From NCBI GenBank assembly GCA_045589455.1, contig JAZNPC010000010.1, positions 149 to 64,148 on the forward strand: DNA of 64,000 bases. The letters run 5' to 3'. This stretch comes from Kiritimatiellia bacterium (GTDB taxonomy: Bacteria; Verrucomicrobiota; Kiritimatiellia; RFP12; UBA3636). The first letter of the stretch is position 1. Every line of letters begins with the position of its first letter. The translations under genes and the position numbers were made by a program. Below are positions 30,969 to 40,379 of this stretch, piece after piece. The notes under the pieces were generated by a model. That model was not told the DNA's origin, did not search any database, and saw nothing but the letters and a program-made list of their open reading frames with translations.

Positions 30969-32210
30969 ATGGAAACAACAAAAAAGAATGTTGGTTTTAA
31001 TGGTAAGCAAATGATTATTTGGCTTGCTGCTCTAGTAATTGGTATCGTTGTAGGATTATGCTTTGCTTCAGATGGTGCAGTTATAAAGTTTTGTGACTTT
31101 ATAGCAGGTATCTATACTCGTTTATTTAAGTTTGTTGCTGTACCAACAATTGCACTTGTTATCACAACAACATTGGCTTCCCTAGGTGGTCAGAAGAATA
31201 CAGGTAAAATCTTTGGTTTTACAATTATGTATACAATTTTAACAACACTTGTTGCTTCAATTTTGGGAGCTGTTCTTTATGAGGTGATTGCTCCAAGATC
31301 AATCCCTCCGAAAATGATCGCTAGCAGTGCAGAGAAGGTTGCTAAGTATGAGGGTGATGTTTCTGGTGTGTATGAGCATATCCTAAATATTGTTCCAGAC
31401 AATGTAATCAATCCTTTTAGCAGTGGCAGTGTATTAAGCATCCTAATCATTGCTGCAGCTGTTGGTCTATCTCTAGCATTCATTAAGCGCACAGAAAATA
31501 CAGAGGCATTACTAAAGGGAATCAATGGTCTTCAGGAGGTTTTCTTTGCAATCATTCGTGCACTAGTATGGGCATTGCCACTAGGTATTATCGCGTTTGC
31601 TGCTCAGCTAGCAGTTCAGATGTCTGGCGAGATGGCTGTTGATTCAATTGGTAAGTATGTTGCTGTTGTTCTAGGTGGAAACCTAATTCAGTTCTTCATC
31701 ATTCTCCCATTGTTCCTACTAATCTCAGGTATCAATCCTCTACGCGTATTCAAGAATATGCTTCCAGCTGTATTGATGGCATTCTTTACAAAGAGCTCAA
31801 CAGCAACTCTTCCTGTAACAGTGGCTTCTGCAGAGAATAACATGAAGGCAAAGCCAGAGGTTGCTCGCTTTGTTCTACCTATGTGCTGCACAATCAATAT
31901 GAATGGCTGCGCTGCATTTATTCTTGTTACATCTCTATTTGTAATGCAGAATGGCGGCATTGAGTTGTCTATTGCAACAATAGCTATTTGGGTGTTGATT
32001 TCTGTTATTTCAGCAATTGGTAATGCTGGTGTGCCAATGGGTTGCTTCTTCCTAACACTATCCTTGATGTCAAGTGTTGAAGGAGCTCCTCTAGGTGTGC
32101 TAGGTGTAATTCTACCAATCTATGCAATTATTGATATGGTTGAGACAGGCGTTAACGTATGGTCTGACTCCTGCGTTTGCGCTATGGTAAATAAAAAGCT
32201 AGATAAATAA
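30969..32210 (+). CDS. Dicarboxylate/amino acid:cation symporter (DAACS family)
   Basis: 413 aa, polytopic, with family motifs (FFTKSSTATLPVT; CTINMNGCA). AAGGA Shine-Dalgarno upstream. Confidence 0.85.
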   Translation: METTKKNVGFNGKQMIIWLAALVIGIVVGLCFASDGAVIKFCDFIAGIYTRLFKFVAVPTIALVITTTLASLGGQKNTGKIFGFTIMYTILTTLVASILGAVLYEVIAPRSIPPKMIASSAEKVAKYEGDVSGVYEHILNIVPDNVINPFSSGSVLSILIIAAAVGLSLAFIKRTENTEALLKGINGLQEVFFAIIRALVWALPLGIIAFAAQLAVQMSGEMAVDSIGKYVAVVLGGNLIQFFIILPLFLLISGINPLRVFKNMLPAVLMAFFTKSSTATLPVTVASAENNMKAKPEVARFVLPMCCTINMNGCAAFILVTSLFVMQNGGIELSIATIAIWVLISVISAIGNAGVPMGCFFLTLSLMSSVEGAPLGVLGVILPIYAIIDMVETGVNVWSDSCVCAMVNKKLDK

Positions 32211-32235
32211 CTAAATTTCTATAGGGGAGGTATCT

Positions 32236-32697
32236 ATGATTAAAGACAAAATTTCAAATTCAGCACTTTATTTAAATGCACATCCTTTATTTGCAAAGGC
32301 ATTTGAATGGCTTAAAGAATTTGGGGCAACAGCACCAGATGGTAAGGTCTTTATCGAGGGCGAGGATTTAATTGCTATCCCTCAGCATTATACCTCTCAT
32401 CCATATACTGATGATAAGTATGAAACCCACAAGCGCTACATCGATATTCAGGTAGTGCTAGAGGGTGAGGAGCTTGTTTATTTAGGTAATCCAGATCAGA
32501 TGCCAGTAAATATACCATTCGATGTAGAGAAGGATATTGATTTTCGTACTGGCTTTGGAGAGCCTACAACCCTAAGTGCTGGTGAGTTTATGGTTATCTA
32601 TCCACATGAGGCACATGAGCCTGGTGTTTCAACTGCAGCTGGAGATAAGCTTGTTCACAAGATTATCTTCAAGGTTGCTGTTAGTCGCCTAAAGTAA
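32236..32697 (+). CDS. YhcH/YjgK/YiaL-family (DUF386) cupin-like protein
   Basis: 153 aa with the family-typical core HKRYIDIQVVLEGEE...IYPHEAHEPG. Confidence 0.7.
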   Translation: MIKDKISNSALYLNAHPLFAKAFEWLKEFGATAPDGKVFIEGEDLIAIPQHYTSHPYTDDKYETHKRYIDIQVVLEGEELVYLGNPDQMPVNIPFDVEKDIDFRTGFGEPTTLSAGEFMVIYPHEAHEPGVSTAAGDKLVHKIIFKVAVSRLK

Positions 32698-32706
32698 AGC
32701 GCAACT

Positions 32707-33597
32707 ATGGAAGGCTGTTGTAATTGTAATCACAGCCATGTGCATACACATGGCACAAATGATTCGCATACTAGCGCAATAAGTAAAATTGCTGTGCAGG
32801 ATTGTGCAGTTTGTGTCCGTGATGTATGCTTTTCATATCAAGGACCTGAAGTGCTGCACAATGTGTCTTTTGAGATTCCAAAGAAATCGCTAGTAGCAGT
32901 AATTGGTCCTAACGGAGGAGGTAAGACAACCTTGCTTCGCCTTTTACTTGGCGATTTAAAGCCTCGCTACGGAAGGATTGAGATATTTGGAAAAGAGCCT
33001 AGCTCCCAACGCACACGCATAGGACTTGTTCCTCAACAAATTAATTTTGATAATCAATTTCCTATTTCTGTTCTTGAAGCAGTAATGACAGGCTGCATTG
33101 GTTCAAAAGTTTTCGGTGGCTTCTCTAATGCTGATAAAAAAGCTGCTCTTGGTGCAATCAAGAAGGTAGGACTAGAGGGCTTTGAAAAGAAGCGCTTTTC
33201 AGAGCTATCCGGAGGTCAACGTCAGCGTGTCATAATAGCACGAGCGCTTTCAAATAATCCTGATTTATTATTCCTTGATGAGCCTACAGCAAATGTAGAC
33301 TCTGCCACAGAGCTCGAGTTGTTTAAATTGTTTCAGGAGCTCGCAAAGGAAAAAACGCTTATAATGGTTTCCCATAATGTACGCGTTGTTATTTCCCACG
33401 CTACACATTTGCTATGTGTAAACCATACTGCACATCTACACGATTTGGTTGAGGGAATTAATGTTGATACAGAGCTGATACCTCTAAATAAAATTGGAGA
33501 TTTAAAGAGCTTTGTTCATGAGCATACCCCATCTCATGTTCAGCATTTGATGGAGGCTTTATATAAGCCACATAATGCTGAAAAGCAGAGTGATTAG
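32707..33597 (+). CDS. Metal-type ABC transporter ATP-binding protein (ZnuC-like) with Cys/His-rich N-terminus
   Basis: Walker A GPNGGGKTT, signature LSGGQRQRVIIARAL, Walker B LLFLDEPTANVD. The N-terminus is MEGCCNCNHSHVHTHGTNDSH. Confidence 0.8.
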   Translation: MEGCCNCNHSHVHTHGTNDSHTSAISKIAVQDCAVCVRDVCFSYQGPEVLHNVSFEIPKKSLVAVIGPNGGGKTTLLRLLLGDLKPRYGRIEIFGKEPSSQRTRIGLVPQQINFDNQFPISVLEAVMTGCIGSKVFGGFSNADKKAALGAIKKVGLEGFEKKRFSELSGGQRQRVIIARALSNNPDLLFLDEPTANVDSATELELFKLFQELAKEKTLIMVSHNVRVVISHATHLLCVNHTAHLHDLVEGINVDTELIPLNKIGDLKSFVHEHTPSHVQHLMEALYKPHNAEKQSD

Positions 33598-33618
33598 ATT
33601 TTGTTTTAAGGAGCTTTT

Positions 33619-35622
33619 ATGCAGCTAGCACAGCTAAAGGATGATATGGCATTACAACCTTATATGCCAAAATTAAAGGAACGTAAGCAGCGCCTTGCAG
33701 CATTAAAGAAGAAGCTTGCCCCAAAAGGGAAGCTTGCAAGCTTTGCTTGCGGTCATGAATATTATGGTTTACACCATTTGAAGGGCGGAGGCTGGTGCTT
33801 TCGAGAGCTTGCCCCTAATGCGACAGGTATGTGGTTAGTGGGTGATTTTTCCAATTGGGAGCGTCAGCCTACCTATGAAGTAAAGCGCATTAATGATGAA
33901 GGTGTTTGGGAGTTAAATCTTCCTGAGGAGGCCATTCACCATGGACAGCACTATCAGCTTCAGCTTACTTGGAATGGCGGAGAAGGACAGCGCTTGCCAA
34001 GCTATGTAAGGCGCGTGGTACAAGACGTTGCCACAAACATTTTTTCTGCTCAAGTTTGGGCTCCAGAGCAGCAATATATTTGGAAAAATCCAAAATTTAA
34101 AATTACCTTTAAAACACCATTAATCTATGAGAGCCATATTGGCATGGCTCAGGAGGAGATGCGTGTTGGCACATACAATGAATTTAGAGAGCACACCCTG
34201 CCACGAATAGCAAAGGCGGGCTATAATACCGTTCAGCTGATGGCTATTATGGAGCACCCGTACTATGGCTCCTTTGGTTATCAGGTGGCTAATTTCTTTG
34301 CTTGCTCTTCACGTTTTGGAACTCCAGAAGAATTGAAGCAGCTTATTGATGAAGCACATAGCATGGGAATTGCCGTGATTATGGATATTATCCATTCTCA
34401 CTCTGTGCGCAATGAAAATGATGGCTTGGCACGCTTCGATGGCACAGATTACCTCTATTTCCATGGAGGAGAGCGTGGTCATCACCCAGTGTGGGACTCA
34501 TCATGCTTTGATTATGGCAGACTATCAACACTTCATTTACTTCTATCAAATTGCCGCTATTGGCTAGATGAATTCCATTTTGATGGCTTCCGCTTTGATG
34601 GTGTTACAAGTATGCTTTATTTGCACCATGGCTTAGGTGTAGATTTTGTTAGCTATGACCAATACTTTGATAGCCAAGTAGACGAAGATGCTTATACTTA
34701 TCTTGGTCTAGCAAATCAGGTGATTCATGAGGTTCGCCCTGATGCAATAACAATTGCTGAGGATGTTAGTGGAATGCCAGGGCTTGGTGCTCCTCAAAAG
34801 GATGGTGGTGCAGGGTTTGATTATCGCCTTGCAATGGGTATTACAGAGGCATGGGGTAAGCTAGCACGTGAGGTTAAGGATGAGGATTGGTACATCCCAT
34901 GGCTATGGCATGAGCTAACAAATCGTCGTGCTGATGAAAAGACGATTAGTTACGTGGAGTGTCACGATCAGGCTCTTGTTGGTGGTAAAACACTTTTCTT
35001 TGAAATGACAGGTCCAGCAATCTATGATTCAATGCATAAGCGCTCCGGCAATCTAACGATTGAGCGCGCAGTTGCATTGCATAAGCTTGCACGCCTAGCC
35101 ACGCTTGCTACTGCGGGTCATGGCTATCTCAATTTTATGGGCAACGAATTTGGTCATCCAGAGTGGATTGATTTTCCTCGTGAAGGAAATAATTTCTCAT
35201 ACAAGCATGCTCGTCGTCAGTGGAGTATCCGTGATAATCCATTGCTTCAGTTCTCTGTACTCGCAGACTTTGATGAGGCAATGCTAAAGCTATTTAATGA
35301 AAATAGCGAGGCGCTTACAGAGATTCCACGTCAGCTTTATGCTAGCGGGGAAGAGAAGCTACTTGCATTTTCACGCGGAGAGCTATTCTTTATCTTTAAT
35401 TTCCACCCAACGCAATCCTACACCGATTGGAAGCTTATGGTTCCTCCAGGAGATTATAAGCTAATGCTTACAACTGATTCAGTAAGATTTGGTGGACATG
35501 AAAGAGTATCTCTTCCGCAGACATATTTTACAATGCCATCACTTTGGGGTAATGAACAGGTGCTTCATATAAGCATGTATGTTCCATCTCGCTGTGCATT
35601 GGTATTAAAGCGCAATGATTAA
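33619..35622 (+). CDS. glgB: 1,4-alpha-glucan branching enzyme, GH13 (eukaryote-like subfamily-8 type)
   Basis: 667 aa with GH13 regions (DIIHSHS; FDGFRFDGVTSMLY; IAEDVSG; ECHDQ) and the GNEFGHPEWIDFPREGNNFSY motif typical of GBE1-like enzymes. Confidence 0.88.
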   Translation: MQLAQLKDDMALQPYMPKLKERKQRLAALKKKLAPKGKLASFACGHEYYGLHHLKGGGWCFRELAPNATGMWLVGDFSNWERQPTYEVKRINDEGVWELNLPEEAIHHGQHYQLQLTWNGGEGQRLPSYVRRVVQDVATNIFSAQVWAPEQQYIWKNPKFKITFKTPLIYESHIGMAQEEMRVGTYNEFREHTLPRIAKAGYNTVQLMAIMEHPYYGSFGYQVANFFACSSRFGTPEELKQLIDEAHSMGIAVIMDIIHSHSVRNENDGLARFDGTDYLYFHGGERGHHPVWDSSCFDYGRLSTLHLLLSNCRYWLDEFHFDGFRFDGVTSMLYLHHGLGVDFVSYDQYFDSQVDEDAYTYLGLANQVIHEVRPDAITIAEDVSGMPGLGAPQKDGGAGFDYRLAMGITEAWGKLAREVKDEDWYIPWLWHELTNRRADEKTISYVECHDQALVGGKTLFFEMTGPAIYDSMHKRSGNLTIERAVALHKLARLATLATAGHGYLNFMGNEFGHPEWIDFPREGNNFSYKHARRQWSIRDNPLLQFSVLADFDEAMLKLFNENSEALTEIPRQLYASGEEKLLAFSRGELFFIFNFHPTQSYTDWKLMVPPGDYKLMLTTDSVRFGGHERVSLPQTYFTMPSLWGNEQVLHISMYVPSRCALVLKRND

Positions 35623-36387
35623 GTGATGACAAAGCTAATAATTTTTGATTTAGATGGCACCGTGTATCTAGGTGAAAAAGAGGTGCCTGGTGCAGCAGCG
35701 TATATTAAGGATTGCCATGCCAAGGGGATTCGCACGATGTTTGTAACAAATCGTTCTAATCGTGTGCCGGAGCTTGTTCTGGAGCAACTACAGGGTTATG
35801 GTATACCATGTGAACTTTCCGATGTAATGACTACAGCACTTGCATCTGCCGCTTATATAAAAGAGCCATCTAAGGTCTATATTATCGGTGAGGCAGGCTT
35901 ACGCATTGCTTTAGAAAATGCTGGTCACACAGTGGTAGAGGATGAGCAACCAGACTACGTTGTAGTAAGTATAGATCGCGAATTTACTTATGCAAAGCTT
36001 GCTAAGGCTGCAGATTATATTCTTAAGGGCGCAAAATTTATTGCAACAAATCCAGACCATCGCTTGCACCTAAATGGGCGCGTATGCCCAGGCTCAGGTA
36101 CAATCGTTGCAGCAGTCGAGACAGCAACAGATGTTAAACCAATTATGCTTGGCAAACCAGAGCGTGCTTTAATTGATGCAGCACTTGAGGCTGCTGGAGT
36201 TTCTTCAGATGAGGCGATTGCAATTGGAGACAATTTAGAGACAGATATTCCAGCTGCTGCCACTGCCGGTGTGCGTAGTGTGCTTATTCTAACAGGCTAT
36301 TCGAAGCGCGAGGACTGTGCCACAGCAAGGTTTAAGCCAGATTACATTGTGGAGGATTATTCAGAGCTATCACAGCTAGCATTATAA
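35623..36387 (+). CDS. HAD-IIA family phosphatase (NagD-like)
   Basis: DxD motif IFDLDGTVY, VTNRS and GDNLETDI. The start is GTG 35623 or ATG 35626, immediately after the glgB stop. Confidence 0.8.
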   Translation: MMTKLIIFDLDGTVYLGEKEVPGAAAYIKDCHAKGIRTMFVTNRSNRVPELVLEQLQGYGIPCELSDVMTTALASAAYIKEPSKVYIIGEAGLRIALENAGHTVVEDEQPDYVVVSIDREFTYAKLAKAADYILKGAKFIATNPDHRLHLNGRVCPGSGTIVAAVETATDVKPIMLGKPERALIDAALEAAGVSSDEAIAIGDNLETDIPAAATAGVRSVLILTGYSKREDCATARFKPDYIVEDYSELSQLAL

Positions 36388-36426
36388 GGTCTATCACAGC
36401 TTAGCGCGTAAGAAATAGAGGTGAAT

Positions 36427-37134
36427 ATGTTTGATTTTAAGGATAAGGTAGTTGTAATTACTGGTGGAGCAAGAGGTATTGGAAAACAAATTCGTAAGTC
36501 CTTTGAAGAAGCCGGTGCTAAGGTTTGTATTGTTGACCTTTTAGAAAACGACTATTTTGTTGGTGATATATCAGATAAGGCAACCCTAGAGCGCTTTGCA
36601 GAAAAGGTAATTGCTGATTATGGTAAGGTTGATTTCTTAATCAACAATGCAGCGCCTAAAATGTGTGGCATTACAGAGGGAAGCTACGAGGATTTTGAGA
36701 ATGCTTTGAGTGTAGGTGTAGTTGCACCATTTTACCTTTCAAAGCTATTTGCTCCACATTTTGTTGAAGGTGCAAGTATAGTTAATATATCCTCTTCCCG
36801 TGATCGTATGAGTCAGCCAGAAACAGAGAGCTACACTGCTGCAAAAGGCGGAATACATGCATTAACTCATGCGCTTGCTGTAAGCTTGGCAGGTAAGGTG
36901 CGTGTAAATTCAATTTCTCCTGGCTGGATTGATACTAATTTTGTTACATATGAAGGCCCAGATGCTGTTCAACAGCCAGCGGGAAGGGTAGGTAATCCAA
37001 ATGATATAGCCAATATGGTGTTGTATCTCTGCTCTGATATGTCTGGCTTTATTACAGGTGAAAACATTTGCATTGATGGTGGAATGACCAAGCAAATGAT
37101 TTACCACGGCGATTATGGTTGGACACTGAAATAG
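36427..37134 (+). CDS. Short-chain dehydrogenase/reductase (SDR)
   Basis: TGGARGIG cofactor motif, NNAA, and the catalytic YTAAKGG (YxxxK). The ATG at 36427 has GAGG upstream (the ORF track starts at GTG 36421). Confidence 0.85.
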   Translation: MFDFKDKVVVITGGARGIGKQIRKSFEEAGAKVCIVDLLENDYFVGDISDKATLERFAEKVIADYGKVDFLINNAAPKMCGITEGSYEDFENALSVGVVAPFYLSKLFAPHFVEGASIVNISSSRDRMSQPETESYTAAKGGIHALTHALAVSLAGKVRVNSISPGWIDTNFVTYEGPDAVQQPAGRVGNPNDIANMVLYLCSDMSGFITGENICIDGGMTKQMIYHGDYGWTLK

Positions 37135-37184
37135 GTGCGATTTTTTCGACAGAATTCTCTAGATTTCTGCGGATGCTGTGCCGT

Positions 37185-37245
37185 GCGTGATGGCTAATCC
37201 TACGCTGGCTCCCGCCTAAGGGAAGATTGGGAGCTTGCCTCATGC
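37185..37245. repeat. Copy of the dispersed GC-rich repeat module
   Basis: 'gtgcgtgatggctaatcctacgctggctc...gattgggag' matches 24975-25000 and the reverse complement of 20950-21010. Confidence 0.7.
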
Positions 37246-37379
37246 TAACCATCATAAGGTTTTGGTGAACAATTCAAATGTTTTTCACTTCCTAAATTTA
37301 GAAAAAAGTGTGGTAATATCTTGGTTTTTTTTGTATAATCTTTACTTATTTTGTTACAACCTTATATGAAAGAATTTAT

Positions 37380-38390
37380 ATGAAACTAAATCCAGCATTG
37401 AAAAAGCGCTCCCTAATGTCTCTAAATGACTTTTCTGATGCAGAAATGCTTGAGCTTATTGATTTAGCAATTGCTCTTAAAGAGCGTCGTGACAACGGTA
37501 TACGTGGAGAATTGTTGAAGCGAAAGAATTTTGCATTAATATTTGAAAAAAGCTCAACGCGTACTCGTTGTTCAGCAACAATTGCTGCTCAGGATGAAGG
37601 TGGCTATGCTACCTACCTAAATGGGAATGATATCCATCTTGGTGCAAAGGAATCTGTGAAGGATACAGCTCGCGTTCTTGGCCGCATGTTTGATGGTATT
37701 ATGTTCCGTGGTTTTGCTCAGGATACAGTTGAGCAGCTACGCGAATTTTCTGGCATTCCTGTATGGAATGGCTTGACAGATGATTACCATCCGACACAGA
37801 TTCTTGCTGATTTAATGACAATGAAGCAGTGCTTTGGCTCAGTAAAGGGTAAGAAGCTTGTTTACATTGGCGATGGTAGAAATAATGTTGCAAACTCTCT
37901 AATGCTTGGTTGTGCTAAGGCTGGTGTTAACTATGTTAACTGTACACCACCTGAGCTAAATCCACTTCCTGAGTTAGTTGAACACGCTCGCGAAATTGCT
38001 GCTAGAAATGGCTCAACAGTTGAGGTGATGCATGACCCAGAGGAGGCTGTTGTTGGTGCAAATGCTCTTTATACAGACGTTTGGGTGTCTATGGGTGAGG
38101 AAGCAAAGAAGGCAGAGCGCCTAAAGCTACTTGCTCCATACCAAATTACTATGGATTTGATGAAAAAGACGGGTAATGCAGATGGAGAACTAATATTCCT
38201 ACATTGCTTGCCAGCATTCCATGATAATCAAACAACTGCGTCAAAGGATACTGGTGCTCTTGAAGTGACTGATGAGGTTTTTGAATCAAAATACTCAAAG
38301 GTATTTGATGAGGCAGAAAATCGCATGCATACAATCAAGGCATTGTTTGTTTCCTCATTAACATCAGCAGACGAATTTGAGACTAAGTAA
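37380..38390 (+). CDS. argF: Ornithine carbamoyltransferase
   Basis: 336 aa with STRTRCS, HPTQILAD, DVWVSMGEE and HCLPAFH motifs. Anabolic and catabolic roles are not distinguishable from sequence. Confidence 0.88.
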   Translation: MKLNPALKKRSLMSLNDFSDAEMLELIDLAIALKERRDNGIRGELLKRKNFALIFEKSSTRTRCSATIAAQDEGGYATYLNGNDIHLGAKESVKDTARVLGRMFDGIMFRGFAQDTVEQLREFSGIPVWNGLTDDYHPTQILADLMTMKQCFGSVKGKKLVYIGDGRNNVANSLMLGCAKAGVNYVNCTPPELNPLPELVEHAREIAARNGSTVEVMHDPEEAVVGANALYTDVWVSMGEEAKKAERLKLLAPYQITMDLMKKTGNADGELIFLHCLPAFHDNQTTASKDTGALEVTDEVFESKYSKVFDEAENRMHTIKALFVSSLTSADEFETK

Positions 38391-38414
38391 GCATTTGGAA
38401 GGGACTAAATTATT

Positions 38415-39485
38415 ATGAATTTAACAGATTATACATGGGAAGAATTTAGTCAACTACCAATGCCTACTAAGGTTGAATGCTTTAAAAGAGAGGATGGGTT
38501 TCCTGCCCATACTCTTTTTGCGCAGCAATTTGACCGTGAGACATTGGATAGACTTTGTGATTTAGCAACAAAAATCCGTAAGATTGCAAAGAAGCGCGAC
38601 GGAATGCTTTTCCTAAATAGCCTTTTGGCTCATAAACGCGCAATGCTATATTTCTCTCAGCCTAGTTCACGTACATTCTTGTCCTTCTATTCTGCTTGCC
38701 AGATTATGGGCTTAAAGGTTGCTGAAGTGCGTGATGCAGCAACATCATCAGAATTTAAGGGTGAATCAAAGGAGGATTCAATTCGTACCTTTAGTTCATA
38801 CTTTGATTTGATTATTATGCGTACACAGGAGAAGGGACTTGCAGAGCATATGGCATGGACGTTATCCAATTCAGAGCGTCCTTTACCAATCATTAATGCG
38901 GGCTCTGGAAAGGATCAGCACCCAACTCAAGCACTTCTTGATATCTACACTCTAAAGCGTAGCTTTGAGGATAATGGAGGTCTGAAGAATCGCGCTATTA
39001 TGTATGTAGGTGATTTGCTACGTGGTCGTACAGTTCGCTCGCTTTCCAATTTACTTATGAATTACGAAGGTATTGAGCATATATTTGTTGCTCCAAAAGA
39101 GCTACAAATTAAGCAAGATATTCTAGATATGCTAGAAGCAAAAGGTTCGAAGTATTCTGTGCTTACAGATATGCGTGAGCGCCTTGCTGATGTTGATGCT
39201 GTCTATATGACACGTATTCAGGATGAGTGGGATAAAACAAAGGGAGAGAGCGCAAGCATTGATATTTCTGCATATAAGATTGGTAAGGCAGAAATGGACA
39301 TGATGAAGCCAACCTCTGTACTTCTACACCCATTGCCACGCCGCGATGAAATTTCTACTGATTGCGATCATGATCCTCGTGCCATGTACTGGCGTCAGAT
39401 GCGCAATGGTATGTGGATACGTGCTGCTCTCATTGCTGCAACCTTTGGTTTAACAAAAACAATTCTAGCTTATGATGCTGAATAG
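38415..39485 (+). CDS. pyrB: Aspartate carbamoyltransferase-like transcarbamylase (divergent, N-terminally extended)
   Basis: 356 aa with an ATCase-type layout: SSRTFLSF (in place of STRTRxSF), KGESKEDS, IIMRT, HPTQALLD, GDLLRGRTVRS, MTRIQDEW and HPLPRRDE. Confidence 0.6.
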   Translation: MNLTDYTWEEFSQLPMPTKVECFKREDGFPAHTLFAQQFDRETLDRLCDLATKIRKIAKKRDGMLFLNSLLAHKRAMLYFSQPSSRTFLSFYSACQIMGLKVAEVRDAATSSEFKGESKEDSIRTFSSYFDLIIMRTQEKGLAEHMAWTLSNSERPLPIINAGSGKDQHPTQALLDIYTLKRSFEDNGGLKNRAIMYVGDLLRGRTVRSLSNLLMNYEGIEHIFVAPKELQIKQDILDMLEAKGSKYSVLTDMRERLADVDAVYMTRIQDEWDKTKGESASIDISAYKIGKAEMDMMKPTSVLLHPLPRRDEISTDCDHDPRAMYWRQMRNGMWIRAALIAATFGLTKTILAYDAE

Positions 39486-39554
39486 GTATCAGCAAGCATA
39501 GTGGTATTGCATTAGTATAATTTAATTAAAAATTCAGTTTTAGAGAAATAATAA

Positions 39555-40379
39555 ATGGAAACTTTTTTTTGTGGATTACCAGTTGTTGATGCATTTATGA
39601 CATCAGATTGGATGGGAAAATTTATCGTTATATTATTAATAATTTTCTCTAGCTATAGCTTTGTGAAGATAGTTGTTCGTTACTCAATTTATAAAGCTAC
39701 AGATGCAGAACATCAAAGGCTAATGTCAATTTATAGACAGTATAAGCATCCAGCCGGAATAATTTATGAAGGCTTAGTTAAGGGTATTTGTAATGTTGAA
39801 ATCTATAGAACTGTGATGCTTGAGCTTGTTCCAAAGCTAGAGCAACATGGGATATCTTCTGAGCAGCTTCGTCGCTGGAAGGGTGACACGCCATTGCCAA
39901 GCCTATCCATTCAAGAATTGTCAAAAATTAAGGTTATTGCTGAGAGTGAATTGGCTAAACAGCTTCGTTACCTTGAAAATGATTTAAGCACAATTGGAAC
40001 AATTTCTGTGATTGCTCCATCATTAGGCTTGTTTGGCACTGTTTGGGGTGTGCTACTTTCCTTTATGAGCATGGCTGATGGTTCTGGTGCTGCTATCATT
40101 ACAAACGTTGCACCTGGTATCGGTGGTGCATTGTTGACAACAGTGGCAGGCTTGGTTGTGTCTATCCCAACAACTCTTGTATATAATATTCTTTGTACTA
40201 AGCTACGCATATATACAGGTCAGGCAGAGAGCTTTGTTGATAGATTGATTGCAGACATATATTTATATCATTCACCAAAGGAGAATTTGGTTCAGATTGC
40301 CCAGTTATCAGCAATTCCACAGCAGCCTCAATATACAGCAGCAGAAAATTATGAAGTAGGAGGCAAGTATAATGCCTAG
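39555..40379 (+). CDS. exbB: MotA/TolQ/ExbB-family proton channel
   Basis: 274 aa with 3 TM segments and the conserved C-terminal region (LGLFGTVWGVLLSF...ALLTTVAGLVVSIP). Confidence 0.8.
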   Translation: METFFCGLPVVDAFMTSDWMGKFIVILLIIFSSYSFVKIVVRYSIYKATDAEHQRLMSIYRQYKHPAGIIYEGLVKGICNVEIYRTVMLELVPKLEQHGISSEQLRRWKGDTPLPSLSIQELSKIKVIAESELAKQLRYLENDLSTIGTISVIAPSLGLFGTVWGVLLSFMSMADGSGAAIITNVAPGIGGALLTTVAGLVVSIPTTLVYNILCTKLRIYTGQAESFVDRLIADIYLYHSPKENLVQIAQLSAIPQQPQYTAAENYEVGGKYNA

